A DNA stretch of 64,000 bases, taken from positions 1,860,001 through 1,924,000 of the forward strand of contig OZ176058.1 of assembly GCA_964247055.1 (NCBI GenBank). Reading direction: 5' to 3'. Made by a program: the position numbers and the translations under genes. The notes below the pieces were generated by a model. The model saw nothing but the letters and a program-made list of their open reading frames with translations. It ran no database searches and was not told the DNA's origin. Positions within the stretch are counted from its first letter, which is position 1, and each line of letters starts with the position of its first letter. Source of the DNA: Paragordius varius (lineage: Eukaryota; Animalia; Nematomorpha). Shown piece after piece: positions 1-14,700 of this stretch.

Positions 1-1284
1 TATTCATGGTTATATTATTAAACTTTTACTAAATAAGTTTTTTTTCAGATATTACAATTTTTATGGATGTTTAGGCAACTGATATATTACTTAACGTCGT
101 TTGAACTGTATATGAAAAAAACCTAATATTATGTTTAAGTGATAAAAAGACACGTTATATCAGTATGTAATTTTAATTTTATAGAAAAAAATTATTAATT
201 TTTATAGTTAAGCAATTTTTTAATTGTAATTATATTAAGTATAATTTAAACGGCTAACAGATATTAATATTCCTGATAATTATGATTGTGCATAAGCAGC
301 GATCCCGAATTTGAATTGTCAAAAAGCCAACCTTATTTAGCAAACATATGTAGCGAAAAAAATTATTAATTTTTTAATGGAAATCAGTATCATAAATGAA
401 AAATTTTTTGAGTAAAAATTGATGTAATTTATTTTTTATTATTAACTATACGGTTTGATCAGCACGCCTGGCCAAATTGTTTCCTTTAACATGCTTGTCA
501 TATTTCATATTTTCTATTCATATTAAAATATTTAGGATTTAATTTTCGTGTAATTTCCTGAAGAATACTATCAAAGAATCCTAAATATGAAAATCTATTA
601 TGCCATCTCTTTTTTTGTAAATACATTAAAAATATTAATTATAAGGACAAATCATTAAAAGAGAAGGTAAATTTAAAAAATAATATTTAATAAAACCTTG
701 ATTTTTTAAAAAACTTATCGTTTTGAACAAGATATCAAGTTGTAAATGGTAATCAATTTTATATTTTACAATATTGTAATATTATATAATTTAAACCTCA
801 ATTTCACCCTCAAACATTTTACAACTGGCGAACACTCATATTCACCCTAAGAATAAAATGAATGTCGCGAGGAAATGTTTCAATATGACATAATTTATCA
901 TTTTTACTAAACAAAATATTATATTTAAATATATCAAAATCGATAATTATTGATATTTGTTACGGGAAAAATATTTAAGGTTGAATTTTAAATGTTCAAG
1001 ATGGTTAATATAATTTTTAGGGGTATGATTTAAACATGAACAAATGTAATTTTTTCCTATTACAGTCATGTATCCTTTATTTTATCAAAAATTTATTTTT
1101 TTTTGTTAAATGGGTATTATAAAGAATGGAAAAACAAGAGTTCTATGGTAATTCTTATACTTTTTTGATTATGATATTGTTAATACCATAGAGCCCTTGT
1201 CTATTCTTTACCAATTGATAAAATAAAAGATACATGACTGTATTTGAAAACTTATTAATCACTTCTGTAATATATTTTTTCTAG

Positions 1285-1399
1285 GTGTCCACTCTGGTAA
1301 CGTACTCTGTGGGATAATTGGTTTACTTAAATGGCAATACGATGTTTGGAGCGATGATGTCACTTTGGCAAATCTTATGGAATCTACTGGAAAGCCTGG
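1285..1399 (+). CDS. Adcy2-like: Adenylyl cyclase exon (C1a)
   Basis: ctag|GT..GG|gtatta; (G)[38 protein letters not shown]. Confidence 0.95.
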
Positions 1400-4300
1400 G
1401 TATTAATTCAATATTTTTAATACAGAAACAATTAAAATCAAAAATTGACAAAATGTAAAATATGCTAATAGCGCTTCTACAACTGTATTCAAACCTTAAA
1501 TTTATTTAATATAACCTTTATATACATTAAAAATTTAAATTATACAGATAAAATGTAAGAAGATATATCTTTCTTCTAAAAGACTACCATACTTTTCTTA
1601 AATCAACATTTATAATATAACGTATCATTTTTGATCGGAAAATAAAAACTTGAGATTTTTATTTATACATTTCACACTTTATAATTAGGTTGATTATATC
1701 GTTTGAAAAAGTATGGTTAATTTTTGAATTTAAAATTTTGTTGTAAAATTTTGTTATTGTTTTACAAGGTTAAAATTAAACATTGTAATACATAACATTT
1801 TTATTAAAAATTTAGATATCTCAAGAGTATGTCATATAAATTTATTTATATTAACAACCAATATGATAGTTTGTATAAAAACAGTAATTTATATCAATAA
1901 ACATTAATTTTATTATCATTTTAATCTGTTTGTGAAATTTAGTTTTAAAATAAATTTAAACTCCTCAAACTAGGCCATCTTTATTTTATCTTTCTTTTTT
2001 AATCTTTACTGTATTTTAGAAAGGTGCACATTACAAGAGCTACGTTAGATTTTTTAAATAACGAATTTGAAGTGGAACCGGCACACGCGGCTGATCGAAA
2101 TCCATTTTTACGGGAAAATGGGATTGAAACGTTTTTTATAGTACCGTCGCCAAATTATGTATAAATACGTTTAAATATTTAAATACGTATTACATTGAAA
2201 ATTGAAATACACAGGCAAAATATAAAAACCAAAAAACAACTATTTTTTACAAGAGACAGCCATATGATTTATTTCTCTATTTATTTACTTTTTGAAATAT
2301 TTGTGTAATTTACATTCCTGTAACTCCGCGATTCAAAAAAATTGGTAGTTAAAATAGTCAAATTATTTAACACTTCAATATCTTTTCTTTTTTGTCAAGG
2401 GTTTACATTTCATGTATTAGATAAAAAAACTTTTATTTTGTACAGATTTGTGACTTCTAAAGTCTAAAATATGGACAACTCTAAAATACTTGAAACGAAC
2501 AGCTGTTATTAAAGTCAAAATATATTAAGTTTTTGAGGGTAAAATGTAGCTTATAGCTTTTTAGAGTTAATTATATCAAGTTATAATTATTTACCTGTTA
2601 CATTAGCGATTTAAAAACATTTATAGAAAAAAGGCGGTAAAAAAGTTTGAGATTTTTTACTATTTCACTTTTAAAATATTTTTTTAATAATGTCAATATT
2701 TCGGAAACATTATGGATTGATGCCTTAAATACTTTTTAAGATAATAAAATTCTAAATGGTTTGGGATATAAAACTACAATAGGTATTGGAGTGTTAAATA
2801 TGGTTTTCTTTTGACAATAAATATTTGTCTTTACGTTTTAACATATTGTCTCTATAATTAATATACCTAATTACTCCTAACCCTGTATTATGAGCTTTTA
2901 GAGTTAACAGCGCCTATAAACTATTTGATTCATAAGTGTATTATCATTATTTAAAACATAATCCTGATATACGTACAAAACCTAAAAATATATAGACAAA
3001 TATTTTTTAAAAGACAACCATACTAAACCTGAATTTTTCTCATATAAGATATTAAGTTACAACTGAAAAAAGATTGTGATAGTATTTTATAACATGCTTT
3101 TTGCCATTTAAAAAATCAGTTATATTGATATAAGATTTAAAAATTATGGTTGTCTTTTAGAAAAAAATATTTGTCCTTAGTTTTACGTTTTGTCCGCATA
3201 AGTTCAGTTTTTACTGTATTATATATCGGACAAAACAATTTATTTATATTAAATTTTGGTTTATTATTGATTCCAGAAAATTGATGATATCCTTCAAGAT
3301 GTCGATTTATTTGATTATGTACCCATATATGATCCTTTGTTTGTCCCACCCTCGACAATCAGCAATATCAACAAAATTCATAGAAAATCAATCCAAAACG
3401 AATCTCTAAACTCAAATTCAAACATAAATAATGATGAAATTAAAAGCCGCAGTAGAAATTTTTTGACCGTTAATAACGATAATGAATCCAGGAATATACA
3501 GTAATAATTGGAAATATACAGACAAAATTTTGTAAAAACATAAATACGAATTTTTTTTACATAATTTTTTCAGTAGACAAATATAATTGGATATATAGTT
3601 ATTTTTTTCTTTCATTACTATTTTAGCCTAAATTTATTTATACGGCAAATACAGTAAAAACTCAAATTATACGAAAAATGGTAAAAATATGAAGAAAAAT
3701 TTTTTTTAAAGACAACCATATTCTCATGGTTTATTTCAATATATAATCTTTGTTTTACTTGGCAAAGTGTGAAAAGATGTATATAACTTAAAATTATTTC
3801 TTTATTTTACAATTGATACATGACTTATATGAAAAAAATTAAGGTTTAAAAAAGTATGGTTGTCTTTTAAAAAAAACATATGTCATTATATTTAAACTCT
3901 TGTCTGTATAATTTCAGTTTTTATTGTATAACTAATATATTACAAAGTATATAATATAGATATAAATTGGTAACATCACTAATTAAATATTTTACAACTG
4001 TAATTAAGTTGTTTATATAGGAAAAATCAAGTTTTAAAAAGTATGGTCATTGTCTTTCGAAAAAAAATATTTGTCTTTTAGTTTTTACGTCGTTTTGTCT
4101 GTATAATTTCGTTTTTTAATCTGTAAATAATAATAATAATAGAGGAGATGGTATCAAACGCTTAAGTAGCGCGCGAGAACGAAAATCTTCAACTTCGCTG
4201 TTAAATCTCAAAGGCGGAAGAAAATATATGGAAACATGGGGTGGAACTAAACTGTTTGAGCCCAACATTGATATAACTAAAAAGGTTTTATAAAGTTTTT

Positions 4301-7300
4301 GCTTTTGCCATTCAAATGCATATTGCAATAAAAATGAAAGTTATAAAGAAAAAAAAAACGTAAAAAATTTAAACAAAACATTAGTTAATAATGTTAATAA
4401 AATGATATATTTTCCCTTTTTTTATTTAACTTTTGTTCAAATAGTTATTATATAATACTACCAAATGACATTTAAATTCCTTTCCTTCAACTTAAAAGGA
4501 TAGGCTAATATAAAAATTATGGCTTTATAAAAAAATTATCTTGTTTTTATATATTTTACGTTTTATATTTTGTATTTTATTATGTTTATATATGAATTTA
4601 ATATTTGCATGTTAAAATAGTATATTGTCGGAAAAAAGTACAATGAATATACAGTAAAAATTGAAATTATACGGACAAGAAGTAAAGATATAAAAACAAA
4701 TATTTTTTTGCTAAAAGGCAACCATACTTTTTAAATCTTCATTTATTTGAATATAACTCTTTATTTAATATTTCTAAGTGATTAGTAGATATATTTTATT
4801 GAGGAAAAATTAAGGTTAGAATAAGTTTGGTTGTCTTTTGGAAAAAATATTTGGCTCTATATTTTTACGTACTGTCGGTATGATATCAATTTTTACTGTA
4901 ATACTATACAGAAATGTTATTATATTGCATAGCAACATTTGCTATAAATTGTAAATTATACCGTTAAATGGGTATGAGGCGTTGATTAGATATATCCTTG
5001 CAAATATATCAAACTTTTTGCAACTATATCGTTTTATGAAAAATAAAATAAAATATAATTATTTTAATGATATGCCTACTAACTACACAAATTTGATATA
5101 AAAATCAATTGATTTAAATATAATTATATAAATTTTTATTTTAGACTCTCTCCGTATTCGAAAACAGTATGTTTGGGCACGGTAGTGTATGGAATTACAA
5201 GTAATCATATATTTTCAATATATTAAATTCGCCGAAAATACAGTAAAAATTGCGATTATACAGACAAAACATAAAGAGCAAAATATTTTTTAGACGACCG
5301 CTGTTGTACTTTTGAAAACATCATTGATTTTTGAAAAATATATTACTAATTATTTTATATACAAGGTATGTAATAGAGTTTTACAGTAAAAATTGAAATT
5401 ATAGGGACAAAATGTAAAAATATAAAGACAATTTTTTTTTCAAAATATAACCTCATACTTTTATAAACAATAAATTATCCTATAAAAACTATTTAATTAA
5501 TATCACTGATTGTGTTACCAATTTACATTTCTATATTATACTTTGTAGTTTAAAACAATAAGTTATATTTAAAAAAATGAAGATTAAAAAAGTATGGTTA
5601 TCTTCATTTAAAAAAAATATTTTTCTTTATATTTTTACGTTTGGTCCGGATAATTTCAATTTTTATTGGTACCTAAATCAATTATGTCTTTTACTATTGT
5701 GAATAAATATTTAATGATAAAAATAAGGATTAAAATAGGTTCTTTGCGAAAATCCTTACAAAAAAATAAAATATACTGAAAAACGTAATGAAAACAGATA
5801 TTTTTTTGTCCATAAGACAATCATATTTTTTAAACTCAAACTTTTCATATATTAATTTTATAATTATGATTGTAAAATATAGATTTGAATTATAAATACA
5901 TACCTTTATTCCATACTTTGAACATGCAATAAATTATACTAAAAAATTAAAATTTCAATAAAAATTCAGCGGTCGTTTTAAAATTATTTTTCTTTTTACG
6001 TTTTGACTTTATAATTTAAATTTATTGTAATTATGCTTAAAAATGGTTATTTTTGAATAATTTTATTCAAAAATATTTTTTTAAAAGCATATTTATATAC
6101 AAGTATATATATTCCTAATTGGTAATTTTATAGATCGTGGTCCAATTATGAATACATATCCCCACTGTTCTTTCATTACAGGGACCGTGTGCTAGAAAGC
6201 AATTATATTTTACAGTTTCGAAATAGCTATTTCCGACGAGCTCTAATTTTTCATACAGTTATAACGGTATGCAGCGTTGCAGCTTACCTTGTACTATTTA
6301 GGAGGTCAGTATTGAAACAACAATAAAAATTAAATTAACTTTTTTGGGGGGATCAATATTAAATATTATACAGTGAAACTTGAAATTATACTATGGACAA
6401 CGTAAAAAAAAAACTAATATTTTTTAAAAAAACAAACTATACTTTTTTAAATTTAAATTTCTATCATATATTTGATTTATTTCTATTATAAAATATATAT
6501 AATTGATTGTGTTACCAAAATAATCTATTTTATACTTTGTTAAACAATGATTTTATATTAAAAAAATCAATATTTAAAAAATATGGTTGTCTTTTGAAAA
6601 AATTACTTGTCTTTATATTTTTACGTTTTGTCCGCATAATTTCAATTTTCACTGTATGTTGATAACATGGGGTGATTTGGACAAAAAAACGGGCCTCATC
6701 GAAAAACATATGGACTTTAATTATACTAAATTGAAATTTACGAACAAAATGTAAAAATATAAAGGCAAAATTTTTTCTAAAGACAACCTCATACTTTTTT
6801 AAACCTTAATTTATCCTATACCCAACATTGAATAACAATCGTAAAATACATAATTAATTGTGTTACCAATTGACATCATTATAATTTATAGTTTAAAACA
6901 ATGAGTTATATTTAAAAAAATCAAGATTAACAAAGTATGGTTGTTTTTTTTGATAAAATTCGTCTTTTTTTCAAGTTTTGTCCGTATAATTTCGATTTTT
7001 ACTGTAACATACCTGAAATAATTACTAAAAATACGAATACTATATCAATCATTGTAAGTTCGGTGTAATTTGAAAAAAACTCTTACAATATTTGTGTTAG
7101 GAAGGAATATTACTAAATATTTTATTAATAGCAATATTTTGCGTGGAATCGTATTTTTTTGTTAATTTTCCAAATTCCAATAAATTATATATAAAATATT
7201 CAGAGGGCCGTATAATGTTAAACCCCCCCCCCCCCCCCCCCGGTTTCAAGAAAAATTAATTGCGTTTTTAAAAATTTATTTAATCATTAAATTAGAATAT

Positions 7301-10300
7301 AATTTAAATATTTTACAATTTTTACCAATCAAAAAAGAATCTTTTGCGTAAATTTTTTAATTTATAAAATATATTTATTTAAAAGGGCCGAAATATTCCC
7401 AATTTTCATTAATACAGTAAAAATTGAAATTATACGGACTTAATTATAAAATACAAAGAAATATTTTTTTCTAAAAGACAACAATATTTTTTAAACCTTA
7501 ATTTTTCTAATAATAAATATATAATTACCACTTAAAATATTTAATTGATTGTGTTACCAAAATACATCTCTATTTAAAAGTTTGCAAATTTAAACAATGA
7601 TGTAAATTAAAAAAATTACGATTTGAATAAATATGGTTGCCTTTTAAATAAAAATATTTGTATTTATAATTTTTACGCTTTGTCCGTATATTATCAATTT
7701 GTATTGTATAAATTATCTTTATATTTTACGTTTTGTTCGTATATTTCCAAATTTTACAGTATTAACGATTAAACTAAAAGTTTTTTTTACTATTATGTGA
7801 AATTAAATCAAATATTGCTGTAATATTTTAGGTATATGAGTTTGACTATTGCATTTTACCTGTACCTTCTATTCGTAATCACGATAACACTGGCATATAA
7901 TATCCCCCATTGGCTGGGAAGGGTAATTTTATTGAATCTTTGCAATAAAAAAATGAAATTTTTTTAGTTTAAATATAATTTTGATTTTTTATAAATTACC
8001 AGTTTTTTACACAGGGTGAGCCCTAACTGGGGCCTTAATTCAAAAAAAGGGCGAAGCAATTGTCGGGGCATTCATTAATGATTATATTTTTTCGCATTTG
8101 GATTTGAATGGGTCCACCGGTTTTCCGGAAACAGATTACAAAGCCAGAATTTTCCATTTTTATAAATATATATATTATTGATATTAATTCTTGGGGAATT
8201 TAATGTAACTATTCTTATAAAAATAATTCTACCTTTTTAACCAATATGGTTTTTACAAGCAGGGTTGTCCAACACGCTTTTTCGTTGAGTAAAAATGTTT
8301 AAAAAAATATTAAAAATAAAAAATTGTTTTTTTAATCAAAAATTTACGATTTTTTATAAAATATTTCATCCAAATTTAAGCTCAAAATAAATAAAAAACC
8401 AATAGTTATCAAAGCAGCCGCATAGATGATTGTGTTTGTTACCCTCGTTTTAAACATTCTTAACTTTTATTATAACTGTTTTTATTTTTTGCACAGTACA
8501 GTATGAGTATAAATACATTTCTAATTAAATTATTGTCAGATAACATTTACAGCGAAGAGTTTTATGATTTGCTGCTGTGGTTGGATATATGCAACATATG
8601 AATTTTGTTCTTTTTTTCCTTTAACCTATAGTATTAACTAGTATTAAGGGAAAACTAGCAATATATATCATTTACAATACAAAACTACCTTGAACAATTT
8701 AAATTCACCCTCCTAAAATAAATTAGGTGCTTTTTAAGAATTATAAATAATATTTTTTTATATTTTCAAAAAATCAAATTTTGTGTAAAATTAAAATATA
8801 TTGAAAAATACTTTGCCATTAAGATATATATCATATTAATGAGAGTTATATTAACCCAAAATACATAATTTATTTATAGGGTGAATTTGAATTGTTCAAG
8901 GGTGAATTTAAAGTATTTGAGGGCGAATTTGAATTATGGGTGAATTTTTAAGAGGGAATTCGAAATGTAAATTGTATATTTTTACCGACCTTGTAAAAAG
9001 CAATTTATGAATAAAAAATTATAAAGACAAAACGTAAAATCAGTATTTTTACAATGACAGCCATTCTTTTATAAACCTAATTATTTGCATAAATGCTGAC
9101 AATATCTAAGTATATATTGGAATGTGTCGCGAATTTACTTTTCTACCTCCTATTTTTCCAGCACATGATGTTATTAATAAATATCGTTATTTTATAGAAT
9201 ATAATTAGTGTTTAAATTCTTACCGTTTGTCTGTAAAATTCTATTTTTGATTTAAAAATTCTTTTAATTATCTCTTAAACAATAACCAATGAGTTTTTTC
9301 TTTTGTCCTTAAAATTTTAAATTTCAGGGTAAATTTACAACAGTTTTTTCCTTGTTAACTTTAATATACATTCTACACATATTTATTGTGAAATAAAACT
9401 GTAAATATTAAATCCTTTAATGGTAAATGATGGATTGATTATATTTGTAATAACAGTTGTAAAATCCGTAATATAATGATAATCGAAAATAATTATTAAC
9501 AGAAATTATAAACGATGTGCAAAACCCTTTCATCAATAGTTGGTGTTTTCACATAACGATTTCGTATATATATCCAACTTTGCAATTTTGGTATAAATGC
9601 GTTCGGTTATATGAATTCTAAATTTAATTGAATTAAACTCAAAATTTAAAAATAAACTGAAAATTAACACTACGATTAATTTTCTATTTGACTTTCGATT
9701 ATCATTATATTACGGATTTTACAACTGTTATTAAATCTTTTCGGTATATACACATTGTTGGAGACAAATTTTAATTACTAATCAACTTTATTTATAAATT
9801 TATCCTTTCACCCATTTTTTCCCTCTAGAATCCACCCCACGCACTCTTTCAAAACATATTTGGCAATTATCATCATTCACACAATAGAACAATCAATAGT
9901 CGTAACGTTTCAACTAACATTTTTGGATTAACTCCTCATCATCATGAAAAGAACAGAAAAAATTCTCATTCTATGCCTACTCATGTTTCATCCCACAGTA
10001 GTAAACCAAAAAAGATTCATAAATCTTCAACTGCGCTTTCAACGCATGATTTAGTTAATAGTCGAGGGAGTACCACCATGTCCCCAGCTATAAAATTCCG
10101 AAAAATTGGCAAAAATATTGGCGTAGCGGCTTGTATTTTCTTCCCGCTAAATGCTTTGCTACTAACTACTTTGGTATATATATATATATATATATATGTT
10201 TTGAATTGGTTTTATTTACGGGGAAGTGACCGCTATTTATATCTTTTTTGGTTGTTTAACATACTATGGTTTTATAGTAGGGGTAACTATAACTTACAAA

Positions 10301-11735
10301 AATATGCCCACACAATATTTTTTCGAAAAATTGATATTTTTTAAACAACCCTAAAAGTCTATTCAATTAATATCCAACTATAAAAATTCAGATTGTTTTT
10401 ACATTTAACTATGTTTAAAATCAAATAAATTAATTATAGACACCCATATATATACAGTAAAAATAATATTATACGAATAAAACTTGAAAAAATAAAGACG
10501 AATATTTTTTTCAAAAAGACAACCATACTCTTTTAATCTTGATTTGTTAACTTGTTTTAAACAACAAAGTATATAAAATCGTAAATTGGTAACTGATCAT
10601 TATGTATTTACGATTGTAATTAAATGTTTTTTATAGGGTAAATTAGTGTATAAAAAAGCGTGATTGTCTTTTGAAAAAAAATTTCTCTTTATTTTTACAT
10701 TTTCTTCGTATAATTTAAATTTTTTCTGTATAAAATGCTGCCCACGAAACTATTTGTGTTGTAGCATTCCTGGTTTATTAGAGTTTTGTAATAATAATTA
10801 TTTTTTTACTCATTTTATACTTATATTTATTGCCAATTTTGATCTTTTAAAAAAAATAAAAAATTGGAAAATTCAGATAAGGACCTTACGATTTTCTATT
10901 TTTTAATATTTATCTTGTGTAATGCGTTTTAAAGGCTATAAAAAATTTAAATTTATCGCAATAATACCTTTTTTTAAATTATTTGATTTGCATATTGATT
11001 TAATATAAATATATATATGCGACAGCAAAAATTCAACTTATTATGACAAAACGTGAAAACACAAACACAGATATGTTTTTAAAAAACAACCATATTTTTT
11101 AAGCCCTATTTTACCATTTAAATTATTTTACCACAGTGGTGAATTATATAATTGTAGCCATTTACATTCTATGAATGATTAAAAAATGAATATTAAAAAA
11201 TACAGTAGTCTTTTTACGCATTATATATATTCTTTATATTTCACGTTTTACAATCATGTATCTCTTATTTATTTACAAAAAATTTTCTTTCGTTAAATGG
11301 GTATAAATTTGTTAAAGACTGAAAACAATAGCTCCTGGTATTAACAATATCATATTCATAAAAAAAGTATAAGAATTATAATACTCTTGTTTTTTCCAAT
11401 ATTTACCAAATATTTCTACCCATTAACTAAAAAAATTTTTTTGATAAAATAAGGGAGACATGACTGTATATGTTGTAGTTTCATTTTTAACTGCATTAAA
11501 TTTTTAATATTACATTTGGCTGAGATTTACCAACTGAGATTTATTCTTTAAATTATTTTATAAATACACAGGTTATATATTATCGAACAAACAATCAAAA
11601 TATATCAAATTATATGGGTTCTAAAGCCCCACCTCTGACCACTTCAACTGCATATAATACAAACAATGGAATACCAGTTAACAATTACGAGTTCTCTGCA
11701 CTATCTAGCCTTTTTTACTATAATGTAAGACAATT

Positions 11736-11777
<42 letters not shown>

Positions 11778-14700
11778 TAAAAATGGAGTTATGTAAAATT
11801 AATAAGGTATATACAGTTAAAATTCTGAAATATGAGAAAAGCGACATCATAAAGAAATTATGCGAAATGTTGTGCACACAATTTTTATATAAATTATAAA
11901 AAATAGCTTTAAAAGCGGCATTTTTGATTCATAGAGAAATATTTATTGTTTTTATGATTTAAAATATACGACTATAAAAAAAATATAAAATAAGGCAGAG
12001 ACTTTTTTAGAAAATTTGTTAAAATTATCAATTGTAATGAGATCTTTCATAATAGTTTATGCAAATCATAAAATATGACATTTTTTATAAATTATCTAAA
12101 TTTTCGCGGGCCGAGTAAATTAGAGGGCCGCATATTGGTCAAACCTAATTTCCTGATAAAATGCTTTTTCTAATTTTTATATTTTTTTCTTTTAGTATTT
12201 ACTAGCTCTTATACTCATCTCACTGGCAACCGTTTCATTTTGTTTGCAAAACACATTTTTAACCAAATTTATTTTTCTATTCCTGGCTCTTGTAATCAAT
12301 ATAACTGCTATATTATTACTTACACGGTCACCACTCCTTGTTATTGTTCAAGGCGATTCCAATATGCTAAATGGAGGCAAAAATAAAAGTATGCCAGAAT
12401 CAAAAATTTATTATCAAAATAAGCAAGAAATGTCAAAATTTCATGGTTCTTTTACACCGCTGGGTAATGGACATGCATTTGCAACCGTGGCACAAACTAT
12501 GAAAAGTATATTGAAAGATGATAGCTTAGAAAGTGATTCTAATAATAATATTCATCCAAATATGATGCCATATTACATGACAAAACAAGAAAGGTTATTA
12601 AATTTTAAAAAAAATTATTTCAACTAAACAAAAAAATATAATAAGGAATCTGAAATGCACACACAGAGAGAGAAATAGATACACATTCCTTTTTTAATAT
12701 TTAATATTTTGAAATTCATTGACGTAAGTTGCGAAACTTGTCAATCTTATCCTATAGTATTCTTTGCTTTTAAAAATTATATTAAATAAAAAACCATTTT
12801 GTTTTAAAAACTTGATTCAAAATACAAACTATTGTTTGGAGTTGCCAAAAGGGGAATAGTTTTGTAAATTGGTAACACATATACAATAGCGAGCACTATT
12901 ATGGGCCATATCTGTTTTTAAATGATAAAAGGGTTTTAATTTACATGTCTGTCACCATGTAGCACGAGATTTTTCGTTTTTTATTAGTTAGATTTTGGAA
13001 AATTGTATAGATGTATAAAGTCTTCAATTAAATATGTATAATTAATCTTTATGGCAACTGACATATAAAATACACTTTTAGCAATTTTTACAGATATTAC
13101 CTATAACAATGCTCGTTAATGTTTTGCGCAATCACAACAATTATAGAAATATAAAATATGGTGTTTTTTGCAATAATATATTAGTTTTTTTTGTGTTTTG
13201 TGTAGATGTAATTTCAATCGTTGTTACCGTATTTAATTAATTTGAGAATATTTTACAACATTAACATGTGATTGTGATAAATTGCAAATGGAGAAAGAAA
13301 TTTGTTGATAAAAAATGTCTTATATCAAAATGAAGAATTAATAGCTTACAAAATCTCATTAATATTTTTTTAGATCATCCGAAAATCACCGATCCTATTT
13401 TCGTTCTCGTTCAATTATAGCTTTACTACTTATATGCATATGCTTGTGCATTTATGACCGCATGGTATTATTATTACTCCACATAAAGATAAAAATTATA
13501 CATACAAAATGTAAATACTAACAAACAAATGTAATTTTTTAAAAATGGTATAACCAAATGTCTAAAACCTTGATTGGGCCATAGATATAGGGAAATTTAT
13601 AATATTAACTCACTCTATTATATAATTCAATTGTAATTTGAGAGTTTATATGAAAAAAATTGAGGTTTGAAAAAGTTAGAAGGTTTTTTGTTAAAACTTA
13701 TTTGCTTGCTTTTAGTTTTTACATTTTGTCTGTATAATATAATTCCAATTTTACTATGATATTAACATTTGAAAGAAAATTTTTGATTCCCTTTTTAATA
13801 ATCAAAATAATTTTTTATAGGATTATTCCCATACCTTGAACTTTTAGGGTTAAAAACTTGAAACAAACGTTGATCCTTAATTCATAAACACATTTAAGAA
13901 TCTACTCTGTAATAATTTTTTTTAAAAAAACTTGTTATCCGCAACATGTCTCTTTTTAAAGAGATATTAAAATTGCTAATTTATATATGGTATTTTTAAT
14001 AACATTTTTAGATCTTTAAAATATTTTATAACCAAAAAAAGATTAAAATTAAATTTTATAAAATACTGTAAACATCAAATTTATACGGACAAAACGTAAA
14101 AATAAAAAGACAAACAATTCTATCTAAAAGACAACCATATTTTTTTAATTCTATATTTTTCCCATATAAATGATTTATTTACAATTATAAAATATATAAT
14201 TGGTTGTGTTACCAATATACATCTCTTTTCCATATTTTACAATTTTTAATAATTATCTAAATTTTTAAAATTCAAGATTTGAAAAAGTATGGGTTGTCTT
14301 TTAAAATAAAATTTTGTCTTTATTTTACATTTTGTCCATATTATAATTTCAATTTTTACTGTAATTTTATAACCAAAAAAAGCTTAAATTTTTTTTTCAA
14401 ATAATTATTTTACTATTAATAATCATAAATCACAAAATAGGTTGAATATGACAATCGTTTAGATTTCTATTGGAGATCTCGATTTAGTTCAGATAGAGAA
14501 CAGTTAGAAACCATGGGATCCCTGAATAAAGTTTTGTTGGAAAATATTTTACCGGCACATATTGCTACCTACTTTCTCTCAAACACAAAATCTTTTACGG
14601 TTTTTATTTAAGCATCATACTTTTGTTTTTTTTCAGTATACTCCTTATTTTTGGGCAAAATTTAATTGAATTTTTTTGAGTTATATTTTTTAGGCTACCT

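Noticed and set aside
1-1284. Upstream adenylyl cyclase C1a exon within the window
   Set aside because: No segment translated to the expected ...MRV/MRI sequence with a phase-1 donor; earlier exons are presumably outside the window.
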